A stretch of 64,000 nt of DNA from Eledone cirrhosa (GCA_964016885.1 OZ024755.1:15004001-15068000); one strand, 5' to 3'. Positions 28,086 to 42,910 are shown, numbered from the stretch's first letter. Notes: a model not told the origin generated them from the sequence alone. Numbers and translations are program-made.

Positions 28086-28579
28086 TATACGTGTGTGTGT
28101 GGTGGGGTCGGGTATATACATGTGTGTACATGTGTTTTCTGTGTAGGCGTGTGATATTATATGTATATGCATACAATCACATATACAGGTTGTTTCATTT
28201 GAGAGCGAATTATTCTATACACTTTTTTTAATCTAAAACTTTGCTGGCTATGTTAAGATTAATTATTCCTATCATTATATTCTGATTTTCGTAGATTACA
28301 TTTTCGAACACCTATCTTAGATTTTTACTCACTGAAAAGCCAAAATCCGCAGGCTGGTTTAAATGGGCCCTAAATGAAATTTCAACTAAAATAAAACGTT
28401 TACAAGCACCCTTCGATGTACAATGGTATCCACCAGACATTTGAGTAAACCTTTTATAGAATATACATTTTTATAATGGTTTAAACTGTTATAGATTTCG
28501 CACAATTTATACAACAGTCACAACGTGATACTACGCTATAAATCACCCACCCCACATATATATATATATATACACAAAC

Positions 28580-28659
<80 letters not shown>

Positions 28660-28930
28660 TACATATATATACACACACATTCACACATATATATATACAT
28701 ATATATTTATATATATATATACATATATACACATATATATTTATATATATATATATACATATATACATATATATATTTATATATATATATATACATATAT
28801 ACATATATATATTTATATATATATATATACATATATACATATATATATACATACATGTATACAGATATATACATACATGTATACACACACGCGCATATAT
28901 ATATATATATATTTATATACATATGGTATG

Positions 28931-28974
<44 letters not shown>

Positions 28975-29990
28975 TGCATATGTATACATACAGACATACT
29001 CACATATGTGATGGAGTGTGTGTGCATTTGTGTATAAATATGCTGTGCAGTAAATATTAGTGTAAATCGCTGAATATTATTATTTTTTATGTATTGGCCT
29101 ACACATATAATGCTTCATGGTGTTAGCTCTGTTATAAGGTTTATATAGCTGTCATCTATTTCTAAACAAATTCTAATATTGTAAACCATTTTGAACATAC
29201 TGAATGGCAATCAAGCTGTTCAAAATTTTAATAGGTTTTGACATATTTTAAAAATAATCTGTTGAGGAAACACATGTAATGCAATCATTGAGATATTTTC
29301 TCAAACATTTTAAAACCTCATATTTCAAAGAATATACATGCATGTATATCTGGCAGAAAGAAGTTACTTGTTAAATCCATTGAACATTTTAACATGTGCC
29401 CAACAGGAATTTTTAAGAAATAAATAAAGACAAAATATATAAAGAAATAAAGGAAGAATGGAAGGAAAGAAAGAAAGACTGTCACGAAATCAGAAAGGAA
29501 AGATTGTCAGATATTTCCATATTTGTCAGTTAAATATATTTATAATAGATATTTTAAAAGAATCAACCAAAAATTGTTAATGCACATAATAGAAAATTAT
29601 CTTTCCATAGAGAAAATATATGTTTAGATATTAAAGCGTAAGTAAACTGTGTACATTTATGAAGGGAATAAGTAAAATGTGAAAATCCTGAGAGATGACT
29701 TGAATACACGTTTCGCCGTTAAGCAGGTGTTAGGGCAATCTAAATGACAGTAGCTTGATAATAAGTGACCATTGGGGCCAGTAGAATGCCTCCTGGCTAC
29801 AGGCAGAGGCTTGATCGTACTAACACTAATCGTAAACCTAACCCAAACTCGAGATAAAAATAAGACCTGAAACACACATTGTGTGTTCAGTTATTTGTAG
29901 CAGTAGATGTATGGTGAAATATTACGTGAGCTTGCTGAAACACACATTAACATAGCATCATTATGCAAGCACCCTCCAAATATCTAGGTG

Positions 29991-30044
<54 letters not shown>

Positions 30045-32267
30045 CTTGAATGTTCATACAATTATTGTACAATTCTCGTAAAATATATGTCACATCCATT
30101 CCACCCTGTAAATACGAAACTGTTGCTCACAACATCAATTTATATGTATCTATATTATTGTTCAGTTGAATAGGAGGGTAATTATATGTGCAAACATTGA
30201 TAATGATCCGATGATTCCAAACGAGAGTCTGGAAGAAACGATTGTCAGCTATTAAATGATTTAAACACAACTTTGATAATTGTATAATTTATTTATTTAT
30301 TTAACTGCTCTGTAAAACAACTGATGTTCATACATTGAGCTATTTCTCTTACTGGTAATAAGGTAATTAAGAAATTACTGACCTTCTATTTATAGTTGTT
30401 TATACTATATACATAACTATAAATAGTATTATTATTATATATATACATATACATAAATATATATATATATATGTCTGTGTATGTGTGTGTATTCAGTAAA
30501 CTGGTAACAAATGACAAAATATAAATCATATCAATGATTCATATTTACTCATAACAGAAGCCAAGTAAAAAACTTTCTAATATCTCATGACCTTGACGAA
30601 AGAATGCCATTATTGCAAGTGTTATGCTAGTGTTAAAGATTGTACACTAAGAATCAGAGGGTAAGTCTAAGCTGTGAATCACAACCTACTTTATATTGAA
30701 GGATTACAAGTAAGCAATGACACGCTTCGAAGTACATTTTGCTGACCAATAAGCTCATATCAAGATGATACTGAGAGAGTGAAAGTAAGTGAGGATTACA
30801 TACATACCTTTATGCATACATACATACATACATATATCTGTGCATGCATACATATATACTCTTATGCATGCATAAAGATATGTATGTATGTACACACATA
30901 CATATAAAATACGTAAGTGCTCAATGCGACTTTATTTTGGAGCCGTGTAGCGTCTTATTCATGTAGATTTTTTGTGAGATAAGCTATGATTATACATCCC
31001 GAACAATAGTTTTATTCACGCAAAGAAACTTATACATTAGTAGGTTTGAAAGAAATAAGCTGACTGAAATCTGTTTCCGTCTGCCATGATAAAATAAAGA
31101 TATAACAAGCTACATAACATTTTTAACTAAACATTTACGGGTCGATAACTTGATAATAAAAACAAACTATTGTAATGTCTCTAATTATAATTCAATTAGA
31201 GGTATTTGTGTTCTTTTCCTTGGATCTATTAACTTCTAGATAAAGAATTTGAAGTTTGAAAACCATGACAATGACGGTTAGACGGAAAATAATTAAATCG
31301 TAAGGAACAGGGGTTGTTTTTTTTTACCTTAACTTATTTATATGTCCTGATATCTCGAGATTAATATCTCTTCTTCCGAGGAAAATACAGGAATTATTCC
31401 TGTGTCCAATATGGCTTGCGCCCAACCTGCATTGCCGTGGCTTTGAAACTTCGAATTCTTTATACTATATACAATGCTTCAAGTAAACTACAAATAAATT
31501 CTAGATGTTTATAATAGTGATGACTGCTTTATTAAACATTTTCCCCTTATGATGACTGGTTATAGATTCCGCAAAGGAGTGCAGTGATGAGCATCATTGC
31601 TTTTTAATAGACAATGGTGAATAGATGGAATACATATAATATATGCTAGCTCTACTATCAGATTCCGTATAGGGTTTGTATTTATTTGTAACAAGAGTAT
31701 ATCTTATGAATTTATCATAGAAATAGTAGTGATCAATGGGTCGTATATAAATGTATACAATATATGCTTATTACCGAATACAGATAAAGTCAACACATTA
31801 AATCTACATACCACATTAACTCATGTAGTATTTGATTGTATCTAAACAATCACCATCACGTCACACGTCAGTGCGATGTCAAACTATTTCATACTGACTC
31901 TAAGTGAACCGAGATAAAGTTTATTTCCAATACATTTATGAGGTCACAAGTTGAATGTCTTTATACAGATGTATGTCCATACGAAGTTTCATGCTTTTTT
32001 ATTTAGGGAGATTGGTGATTGCAGTTAAAAACGATCTTGCCAGTGCACAGCTTTGTATAATTCTTTTAACTTCTTTAGCAGCTTCTTCACATTTATTGTT
32101 GGATTAACTGGGTTATACTATTCAGGATGAGTTATTCTCTACAGATCCATAGTTGTTACTCTAGGTTCTTTTCATGAATAGTGCGGTAATATATTAAAAT
32201 CGAATAGGTTACAGTTTACTGTATAACACACATACACACACACATATATATATGTATATGTGTGTGT

Positions 32268-32450
32268 TAGAAAACCGCGAATCTAATGAGCCATTAATTC
32301 CAGAGTCAGGCACGGTCGATACTGAACGTACCATGAGCTGATCGATCGCGAAACACGCGTCACACAAGATTATATTTAATTATACTAATTTGACACCTCG
32401 CTCTTATCTTTGTTATTATTTTTATTATCATATTTATTATAAACATTTAT
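32268..32450 (+). mobile_element. Degenerate HHR-bearing element
   Basis: CCATGA-GC(tgatcgatc)GC-GAAA-C(acgc)G-TC-AC at 32331-32363; core decayed; boundaries uncertain. Confidence 0.4.
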
Positions 32451-33953
32451 CGTATGGTTTCCTTACCAATAGCTGCCAATTATATATGCTCTGTTCTGTT
32501 ATTCAATTATGAAGTGAAGACTACAAATAGCTATGTACAAATGTTCCGCCCTTTCTGAAACTATTTAATCATACTGATGTGTGTGTTATGTCGTATATTT
32601 GATATAATCAACTTTGTTTTTGTGTCTCCAATTAAAATGACTGCAAAACTAAAAAATCATTTTGGATTTCAGAACCAAGAAATAAATCTTATGAAGAACG
32701 GAAAAAATAAAATTAGTTGCAATGGAATTTAGAACAATGACCGATGAAACACTTATCAATTCCTCGCTTTCTTTCCTAACTGATTAGTCTCAGCGTTTGA
32801 GAAATACATTTAGCGGTAGAAGATACAAGGTAAGGATGCTAACAGGATACGAACCCTCGTTGCCTAATATAGCTGGTATAACATTATAACTGATTGAGAG
32901 GAAGCAGATCTTCAAAGATTATTTGCAACAGAATAAACAGCAATAAAACCGCAAGAGGACCAGATGTAGTTGATAAAACCTGAGACAGATTATATCTTCG
33001 GCCATCTGTCGCTGTTGATATTTTTTAAAACTAATCAGTACTATACAGTAAACTGTTAAACTGAATATATTTCAAGATATGAAATACACGGTAGGAATGT
33101 CTTACGTAATAATATAGCATTTTAGAACCAGGCATTCTTATATTTAAACATAATACAGATGCTCATTAACTGTTTAGAATACTGGTTGACGAATTACTAA
33201 GTATTAGAAGTGTGAAGAGAAGATTGAGACTTAATACGGATATCTTCGACTCGGTGGGAGACATTTACACTTATTTAAACACAGAAGATAATGGAGTTTG
33301 TTCTAGCAATCTAATGCATGTGATCATATTGTTTGATCAATTCTGTTCACAGCGTCTGTTTGTGTGCAGTTTTAAAAATGTAGATTTGCTACTTTACACT
33401 CCCCCACTGAGTCATTCAGTGAAGGATCAAAAGACTGATGGCGATGACTTCAGCTGCGCTTACACATCTACATAGGTCTCCTAGTGTGAAAATACAAGGC
33501 ATTGTCATACAAACATGTTCTACATAGATTATGTCTCTTTAGTACATGCTATGAGAAAAACAAAATATTGATTTATATATATATACATACATAGATACAT
33601 ACACACACACATATATGTGTGTGTGTGTGTGCGTGTGCGTGTGCGTGTGCGTGTGTGTGTGTGTGTATATGAAAATTAGAATTGGTGATCTGAAATAGCG
33701 TTGTATATATGAATGTATATATAGTGTATTTTGCAATACACTGTATGCTTAATTAAAAGCATTTCGAAGACATTACGCTATACTTAAAGTACTGACAATG
33801 TCACTTACTTCAATTTTCCGCAAACAGGGGAGATAAGCAGAGAGAGCTCTGTTTCGTACTTGTTGGTACTTATCAAAGCTTACCACTCCTCCTGTTTGCT
33901 GAAAATCATTATTGTTTGATCCTTATAGAATTCCAGTAATAATCAGCAACTGA

Positions 33954-33996
<43 letters not shown>

Positions 33997-34030
33997 CATA
34001 CATAGATAGATACATACATAGATACATACT

Positions 34031-34077
<47 letters not shown>

Positions 34078-34203
34078 GCATAAATATATACATACAGAGA
34101 TACATACATACATATATGTATATATATACATACATACATACATATATATATATCTATATACATACATACATACATATATATATCTATATACATACATAGA
34201 TAA

Positions 34204-34242
<39 letters not shown>

Positions 34243-34245
<3 letters not shown>

Positions 34246-34611
34246 GCTGCCATCTTGTTTTCGAGTACGGCCACTACATTATATCCATGTAGGAGAACCC
34301 CTACCGATGCGCTGAAAGAGTGTGACCTTTTAGTCCAGCCAGCGACTTGAAAACTCTGGTACAAACACTACACTTGTGACAATTATTGACACATAGTGCT
34401 GGGCCCATGGTACCATGTGACGACAAGTGAAGAGAGATCTCCATATATAAAGCAATGCCTGTGTCGTGAAGCTTTTATAGTGAGCAAAGGCACTGCACAA
34501 AGCCAGTCCCACTCTCTTAACCAAGATGATATTTACCAAAAAGAAGAACATGTCAACATCACTGGATACCATCAGAGTTGCAGGTGTTATATCAGAGTTT
34601 TCCTTCTCCTA
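34243..34611 (-). mobile_element. Family F copy 2 (5'-truncated)
   Basis: Colinear with 11857-12224. Confidence 0.85.
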
Positions 34612-34613
34612 TG

Positions 34614-34644
<31 letters not shown>

Positions 34645-34652
34645 ACATACAT

Positions 34653-34709
<57 letters not shown>

Positions 34710-34727
34710 GATACAAACATACATATA

Positions 34728-34933
34728 TAACAAAGAAATTGTGGTAAGGAATCATATGGACCATAACGTACCAGAGTACTCATAACTTAGGGTAGTAAGG
34801 TGGGAAATAAGAGAAAGTATGACCACGACGGCAGAGCTCAAGCCGTTTCAACGGCTATTTCTGAACCAGTAATAGTCCAGAAATAGCCGACGAAACGGCT
34901 TGCGCTCTGGCGTCGGGGTCATACCCTTTTCTA
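34728..34933 (-). mobile_element. PLE pLTR-like family A copy 3
   Basis: Reverse-oriented tail plus fold-back centred near 34870. Confidence 0.85.
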
Positions 34934-34973
34934 CATTACATATATATATATATATATATATATACATACATAG

Positions 34974-35032
<59 letters not shown>

Positions 35033-35065
35033 TTTATAAACATACATAGATACTTACATACATAG

Positions 35066-35098
<33 letters not shown>

Positions 35099-35348
35099 TA
35101 TACATACATATATAAATATATATATTCATACATATATACATACTTACATATATACATATAAGTATGTATACGTACATACACATATGTATACAGACGTACA
35201 GTATTATGTATATACATACATGCACATATATATATATATATATATATGTGTACGTCTGTATACATATGTGTATGTACGTATACATAGTTATATTTAAGTA
35301 TCTGCCGTACGAAGAGTATGAAAAGAAATTTTATTTCTACATACATAC

Positions 35349-36121
35349 AGCTCCGACAAGTTTATGACATCACACCTTGAGGGATATCTCTATGCAATAC
35401 AGGAACAAGAACTCCCTACCAAATATCTGCTGCACAAAAGGGGAGGTCCATCAGCTGACAATAAATGTAGGCTATGTAAAACAAAGATCGAGGATGTAAG
35501 CCACATTGTTGCCAGCTGCGAAAGAATGTCATCTCGCTACTACCTCCCCATGAGACACGATGGGATAGCTAGAACCCTCTGGAACGCACTTCGTAAAACA
35601 AAATTAACAACAGACAAGGAAGAATATATTGAGACAGATGGCACTAAGGAATACTGGTGGAACCTGAAACTAAAAACTGCCACCAAATTAAAGCACAACC
35701 GGCCTGATATTGTTGTTTGGGACCACACATTGAAAACGTGTTCTGTTGTGTGGAGATCACCTGCCCACTTGATGTAAACGTTGTCAGAAAAATACAGGAG
35801 AAGGAGAACACCTACGGACCATTGATGAGGAGTTTACAAATCCAGTATCCAAGATACACCTTTAGCTTCATACCCATCATTATTGGAGCTACGGGTTATA
35901 TACCAACCCGCTTGGACCAAAGTATGACTGAACTTGGATTTGCGGACAAAGTGCGCAGCTCCCTAATTCATAGTCTACAAATGGCTGCGATAGCTGGCAC
36001 CTTCAAAATTTGCAAAACATTCTTGCGATTCAAGGGATGACAATTTATTTTCTTTTACAACCTTGCCACCAGGAAGGTGGCCGGTCAACAAAATATACTC
36101 GGAATTAAGAGAAAGAGATAA
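35349..36121 (+). mobile_element. 5'-truncated RLE-type LINE (R4/Dong-like): CCHC zinc knuckle plus PD-(D/E)xK endonuclease, one frameshift
   Basis: EGYLYAIQEQ..CRLCKTKIEDVSHIVASC..RHD..RPDIVVWD, then VEITCP..KENTY..PIIIGATG. An extra GT near 35750 joins ORFs 35364-35777 and 35717-36040. Confidence 0.9.
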
Positions 36122-36576
36122 CATATATACATACATACATATTTATATATATATATATATATATATATACATACACACACATACATAAATCTATGGTATA
36201 TATTTTATGTATATATCTGTGCGTATGTGAATGCAAACGTGCATGCAAATGTAAATGTGTGTATGTGTTGTGTCTTGTAGCATATGTATTTTAGAGGGAA
36301 AGGAATATATTAACAATACAATATAACAATGTCTATCTTCTTGGAAGCCTACAATTTTCTCGCCAAAATCAATCGACCAATATCTACTGATCTGAAGCAT
36401 TAGTCCGATGTATATTAATTGATTTTAAAGCCAGCCCATATACCACAATCCGCCAACAGCCTGCTAATCTAAAAAAGTAGTTCTCTATCATGATTTTCTG
36501 AAGATTTATTGGTATCACATAATCAGAAATAGATACTAACTGAACACCAACTAAGTAAGACATTTCATAAAATAAC

Positions 36577-36785
36577 GATTTCTACTTTAGGCACAAGCCC
36601 AGCCATTTAGGGAGAGGAGGCAGTCGATTAACCCTACCCCAGTGCATTAGTGGTACTTTTTTTTATTGATATCCGTAGGAATGAAAGGCAAAGCTAATCT
36701 CAGCAGGATCTGAACTCAGAACGAAAAGGGAGGTAGTTCTATGCTGCAAAGCATGGTGTTCGACGCTCTACCGTTACTACCAGCC
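36577..36785 (-). mobile_element. SINE family S
   Basis: GGCACAAG..GGTACTTT..ATGAAAGGCAAAG..TGAACTCAGAACG. Confidence 0.8.
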
Positions 36786-36972
36786 CTGCAATTTCGAGAG
36801 AAGAGCGGAGACCTGTATAATAGACCCCATTACTTGACTGGTACTTTATTTGTATCGGAATGATTCAGGCGAAAATAGTACTTGGCCGAGAATAAAGATA
36901 TGCCTTTTGTTATAATGCACGAAAACCGAAATGTGAGAAACCCCTATCGTTTAATGTGTATGCTTTTCTGTG

Positions 36973-37200
36973 AAGGCACGTGACATAGTGGTCAGAGTGT
37001 TGAGCTCACTTTCCCAGATAGAGCAACGTGTTGCGTCTTTGAAAAGGCTTTTTATTTTACATTACTTCAGTTCACTCAGATAAAGAAATAACTAACACTA
37101 CTAAATCGAGGTTAACTTTACGGCGGACTGTGTCCTATTTAGTTGGGAGATTCTCAGTAACCAATCCCCAAGTAATGAGCCTCTAATCTTGTCGCAGATT
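36973..37200 (+). mobile_element. Degenerate tRNA-headed SINE (second group)
   Basis: GGCACGTGACATAGTGGTCAGAGTGTT head and ..TTCAGTTCACTCAG body. Confidence 0.5.
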
Positions 37201-38487
37201 AAAACTTTATTAGATTTCTTTCAAGACAATTCAGTACTCTTTATCCTTAGATAATGGGAGGAAATTTACTTATCCCATTTTATATCAATCAGTCTCAAAT
37301 GTCCCCCAGTTCTATGATAAATATCCCACATATTTTAGTAATGAAATAAATAATAAGTTTCGTAAGTTTCTCTTAATACTTCATTAGCTAATTTAAATAG
37401 AGCATATTAAAGAAAAGGTTAAAAAGTTTAAACATCAACACATTTTTATATTCCTTTGTAAATTTTAACTTTCAAATACCCCAACTTTTATTTGTCTATG
37501 TACTTACATATAGCAAAGTCATAGTACATTTCCAAACCATTAACATTCTAAAGCTTCGTTTCGTTTCAATAAAGAGAGTAGGGTTGTTAAAAACATTTGA
37601 CAATCTTCAATAACCTTGTAAAATATTCAACTCTGTTTGTAGAATTCTAATACGATGCACAGTCGAATTGAATCACCCTTTCAATTAAGCATGTCGCATT
37701 TCCAATTTTAGTAATATTCTGATCGATAAATTGGTTATTATCACTAGTGTATTCTCCTTTGTGCATCCATTCGTCCATTCTAGCCTTCTTTGGTCTCAAT
37801 GATAGTTTATCAATCATTCTTTACATGAGTAATCAATTTTGCCATTACGAACACCACTTTATTAACTTGCCAATTTCTGCCGTTCACAAGCCGAGTGCTG
37901 TTGTGTACCGTATATAATTATGTAAAGAATTGAAGCACTTACGACACGTTGTACTTAAATCGATGTTTAAATCCACTGAACCGCTGTTTACATGTAGCAT
38001 TTGACTCAGATTTATCTTGCCTGTTGTATAACATTCATTACATCTTTCTTTTGATTCCTTTCCAGAGACTATTTATTTAATCTCATATCAAATACCTAAT
38101 GGTAGACTTTAAACTATCCATTCTCACATCAATGTTTAAATGACACATTTGAACAGCAAATAAAGCAAATAAATAGATGGATCTTAAGAGTTATACTTAA
38201 TTCATACGCTATAGTCAAAGAGAGTTATGCATTAACACATAGACGTTAAGCAGTAAAGTGAATACGATGCATGTCATGGTCCATAGATGCTTAACTCCTG
38301 TTAGAGACGTAGGGGCATGTCGTTCATTTTGCCTGTAGCTGTACTATGTTTTTCGGATAAAGCGATAGACATGAGATTGATAGATTGAGACAAGAGAGGG
38401 GGAGTCAGCTCTAGTATTGGTCTGATACTTTAGTGGATCCCGGCAACATTTGAAATCAGAACTCAAGGCAAATCCTTCCCTCCCAAT

Positions 38488-38518
<31 letters not shown>

Positions 38519-38529
38519 ATGTATATATA

Positions 38530-38631
38530 TAACAAAGAAGGTGTGGTAAGTTACCAGGTGGACCATAATGCACCAGAGCCTCGATACTTAGGGTAGTAGA
38601 GTGGGTAATAGTAAAAGAGTCAGGACCCCGA
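38530..38631 (-). mobile_element. Family A copy 4, truncated at the predicted HHR cleavage site
   Basis: Minus strand begins (TA)n-TC-GGGGTCCTGA and continues into the family A tail. Confidence 0.8.
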
Positions 38632-39039
38632 TATATATATAAGGAAAAAAGATGAAATCGAAAATGCAACTGGAGTCTTTTTCTTTTTTTTAATATATGT
38701 ATTTGGTTCCTTTAACGGTTTCGCAGATCTTGTGCTTTTCAAAAGTAGAACTGAGATGGAGGGCTTGTGGTTTTTCGCACATATGTTCATACATGGAACA
38801 AAAACCCTACCCAAGCTTTCAAGGTCCAAATTTGACCATACCTCCGGAATACACAAGTCATCAAAATAATGAACACTCTCCAGGCGCTAATACGTGTAGA
38901 TTTTGCTAAGAACGCATGTTTACGAAGGATAACGTCAAATAACTCCAATATGTAAATATGAATTATGAGATCAACCACGTATTTGTGTTTGTATATTGTA
39001 GCAGAAGTATTGTGTGTGTGTATGTTTGTGTGTATGTGT

Positions 39040-39250
39040 AAAAGATAAACAGAAATAACAAAGCAATCGACACAGTATATTGAAGAAATATATATTAGTT
39101 TAACGCTTGAAATAGCACTGAAAGAGTCTTAACATTTAGGACAGTAGTCTTTCATCAGAAGATAGAGTTAGAAGATAAATAGAAAAATAAAGGCTGAGAA
39201 CAGGAAGAAATGAGGAAAATGGGAAAAACAAGAAGAAAATGAGGAAAAAA
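39040..39250 (-). mobile_element. Old PLE pLTR-like repeat with degenerate HHR (39127-39162)
   Basis: TCTT-CTGATGA-aaGAC(tact)GTC-CTAAA-TGTT-AAGA; more decayed homolog at 40730-40880. Confidence 0.6.
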
Positions 39251-39564
39251 TACCCATGTTAGCCATTTTGATTAATACACACCATTATCTATGATTGATT
39301 AAATACTAAAGCAGAGTTAATCAAAGAGAAACAAATAATTAACATAAAGTATGAATAACTAATCTCAATTCATTTTCAGTGTTTCATATTTGCTCTCTTT
39401 ACAATATTCTATCCATTTATCAATTCCAATTATTCGTTCTTTTATAAACAAACACGCACATACAAGAAAATACGCAAAATCACACGTTTACAAACATAAC
39501 CTCACATACAGACACACACATATATACAACCCATGCAAGCGTGAAAAAGCGGACATAAAGACGA

Positions 39565-39602
<38 letters not shown>

Positions 39603-40692
39603 GATATGTGTAAGTGGGGCTGTGTAGTTGCATCTCTACATTTCATGCATGAGTGTGCTCGTTCGTATGTACAGATAGATACTATTATTGTATGATTATT
39701 GAAGGCATATATTGTCCCTTAATCATACGAAATAGAAAGTACACACACGCAGAGTGATCCAGAGACAAACTGGTGGTGAGATTGAGATAGTGAACAAAAG
39801 ATACAGAATTGCGGGATGGGGAGAGAACAAGGAATCGGACTGAATATGTAGTGTTTGAAGCATACAGCTATATGATATTATTAAGTCTGATACAGGAAAT
39901 CACGTTTATTACAAAGTGAATCGAACTTTGTGCCTTATTATCTTGCATACTATTGAAATGTGGACGTCTGACTTTGGTTTTCTATGGAATCGGGTTAGGT
40001 TATTGCAATAATTTATACGTGGATGACCTCACATTTGGGATATTCACAAGAAATGAAAGCATTTTTGCTAGTGGTCAGCATTTTGATATCAGTGGAAATG
40101 CGGAAATACTGTTGATTAAATTCTATATAACTACTCAATAGAAGTAGGTAAGAAGTACTTTAATAACAACTTCTGTTCTCCATAACAAGGATTCGATGAT
40201 TGAGAGGAAATGATATTTTCTGCCGCTGGTCAGCTGGTATTAAGACCAGTCCATTGAAATCAATGCCTGTATAAACTGAATAGTTGAAACTGAATTGTCA
40301 AAGTGTTTCTAAAGAAGGCATATTAAAACTGACAAAGTATACTTTACTTTACGATGGTTTAATTTCCTTCTCACCCCCTTGTTACTTTAGATACCGATGT
40401 AAGATGCTCTCTACTGAATGAATATAATGGGCTCTTTAAACGAGTGGATACAGTGTAAATAATAAATGAGCACACATTTCAGAATCCGTGGTTCATCGTA
40501 AATATATTAGTTCGTGTTTCGAAGGAGATATAATCGTGTGTTATTAAGCCAGCTATACTTAACTCGATTACTTGAGCGTGTTGTCTTTTCTCCACATATA
40601 CACAGTTTCCCAACTGTTTATACCCAGCGAATTGAAACAAAAAGAGGAGCTATATATTTACATATCTGGTGTATCATATTTAGAAGTAATCA

Positions 40693-40728
<36 letters not shown>

Positions 40729-40729
40729 G

Positions 40730-40880
40730 GGTAAACAGAAACAACACAGTAAAATTAAGAAATATATGAGTTTAACTTGATGAGTTTAGTAAGATATAGT
40801 AAGAAAAGTGTTTTAACATTTCAGCCATTAGTCCTTAACCATAACATAGAATGAGAAATAAAATATGAAATAGAAAGATA
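40730..40880 (-). mobile_element. Decayed homolog of the 39040 element
   Basis: Shared TAAACAGAAA..ACACAGTA..AAGAAATATAT..AGTTTAAC..TTAACATTT..TAGTC. Confidence 0.5.
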
Positions 40881-40926
40881 CAGAGTGCTTAGCGCACTGC
40901 TTTATATATATATATATATATAAAGA

Positions 40927-41421
40927 AGTGCGCTAAGCAGCCGAAGTATACGGTTAAATTGTATCTCTATATATCTATATACAAGGACTGGGTGAGAGAG
41001 ACTCCGCCAATATATATATGTATAAATATACGAATTTTTAATATATCCTCACATAAACACGCCGAAAATAGGAATTTCCCCGTAAACTGAAAAAAGTGTT
41101 AAAGACCATTAATCGATTTTTGGTAACTAGTTAGGTTGTCGGTTATAAGTCCATTTCAGAATACTAACATGAACAAATAAGTAAATAATCCCATCAAATA
41201 CAGGTTTCCTTGTAGTTGTTTAGATGATATACAAACCGTCTGATGAAAAGTAACTATTTCTGAAAATCGCTAAAAAGTTGTTTCACAATTTACGGGATGT
41301 TTACATATCTATATATTAGAAATGTGTATATTTATATATACATTGGTGCACATTCGGTTGCCATCTCTTGATATATAGCGATATAACGTTATATAATTGC
41401 GATTCAAACATGGTAAGCACT
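40927..41421. mobile_element. Probable non-autonomous DNA transposon (MITE) with degenerate long TIRs
   Basis: AGTGC..AATTGTAT..CTATATACAAG..CCAATATATAT..TAAACA at the left is imperfectly mirrored at the right end (..TGTTTA..TATACATTGG..CTTGATATATAG..TAATT..GCACT). Confidence 0.5.
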
Positions 41422-42910
41422 AAACCATGACTGCATCCGCATAAATTTGTTAATCAAATATCATTAACTGCTTTTACATTTAAAATATCAACCTTGGGCT
41501 GTGTTTAGAAATCACGTCCTGGAGAGACTGTACATAAATATATAGACAATCTCAGCGTATATGAAAAGCACTGGACTGAAAATAAAAAGCCACAATCAGT
41601 GTTTTCTCATGTGAAATTGCTTGCATAAGGCATGAAATGAAACAAGATTTATAAGTAAGTGAAGAATATGTAAAGGTTGTTTAAGAGCAATACACCGCAT
41701 TGTCTTTGGTTCACTTATCCTCGCAAAAAGAAAATATATTTACACGCATAATATTGTTGGATTTTTCATACCCTGGAAATCATGTCCGAACTATGAAATA
41801 CGAACAGAAGAGTGATGGTAAAAATATACACCAGAACAGTACTCAGAAAATCTCAAAGCGAATATATTCTATACACCGATCAACGTAGGCAGGAATATCA
41901 ATGAAAATCGACCGGATGTTATTGACAAGGCCCAGCAGGTGATTATTTTCTACCCGATCGAAGTATCAGTGCTAGCAGACTCAAAAACAAGCGGAGAAAG
42001 TGCCCACATATAAAAGTCTGGAAATATTTACAACCAGAATGTAGTGAGTGAAAATAGAAATATCCATTAATAGTAGGTTTGTTATGAATGATTAGAAGTG
42101 ATTCAGAAAATTCATAACGGAAACCCCAGGACATAAAATATATACGTTCTATAGAAAATAAAACTAGTAGGTACTGCACAGATGATACTTTTAAATAGAA
42201 AACAAAATACTTCACGTAACCAAGGAACACAGAGCTGAGCTTAGCTATGTAATGGATTACACTACTAATGGTTGTTTCAATTTTTGGTACAAGGCCAGCA
42301 AGTTAAAGCGAAGGCTTATTTTATGTGACTCAGCTGAATAAAATCAGTCACATCTCTGACTTAAGGTTTTATCCTTCTAACAAATTGTTGTCTAAGGATG
42401 AATTGCGTTGACAACTAATTCAAGGGAAAAATATTTTGTCAAAGATTCATTCCGTTGTACACGAATTTCACCAGATGAAATAACTAGAGCACTTGTCGTG
42501 ATACACGAGACAGTACTGATAACATAACATCAACGCTGTGTTTCTTCCTCCTCTTTTCTGTAGATATTTCTCGCATTTTATATCTGAAATTTTAAAGGGT
42601 ATTAGTTACCTTCTTAAGTCTACTGAGCTTACCAAGTGTGTGACTTACCAACTCTACACGAACATTTACGTTGATTAGATAAATATGTCTAGCTACATAT
42701 AATTTCTGAGCGTGGAACGTTTAAGTGCGTATATTTAGATCAGTTTTTCAATAATCATGTAATTATAATGTAATCATAACAAACGACAGATGTTTAAATT
42801 TAGTAAATTACTAATATCAGTTTCATTCATTCTATTTATATAGTTGATGTTAGGAATTCGATGATTTTCGCATCTACACATAATTTTCAGACGTAATATA
42901 TTTATATCAA

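Noticed and set aside
30797-30892. Inverted repeat TACATAC..TTTATGCAT / ATGCATAAAG..GTATGTA
   Set aside because: Mostly self-complementary microsatellite-derived sequence
41238-41275. CTGATGA...GAAA hammerhead-like motif
   Set aside because: No stem I or stem III pairing
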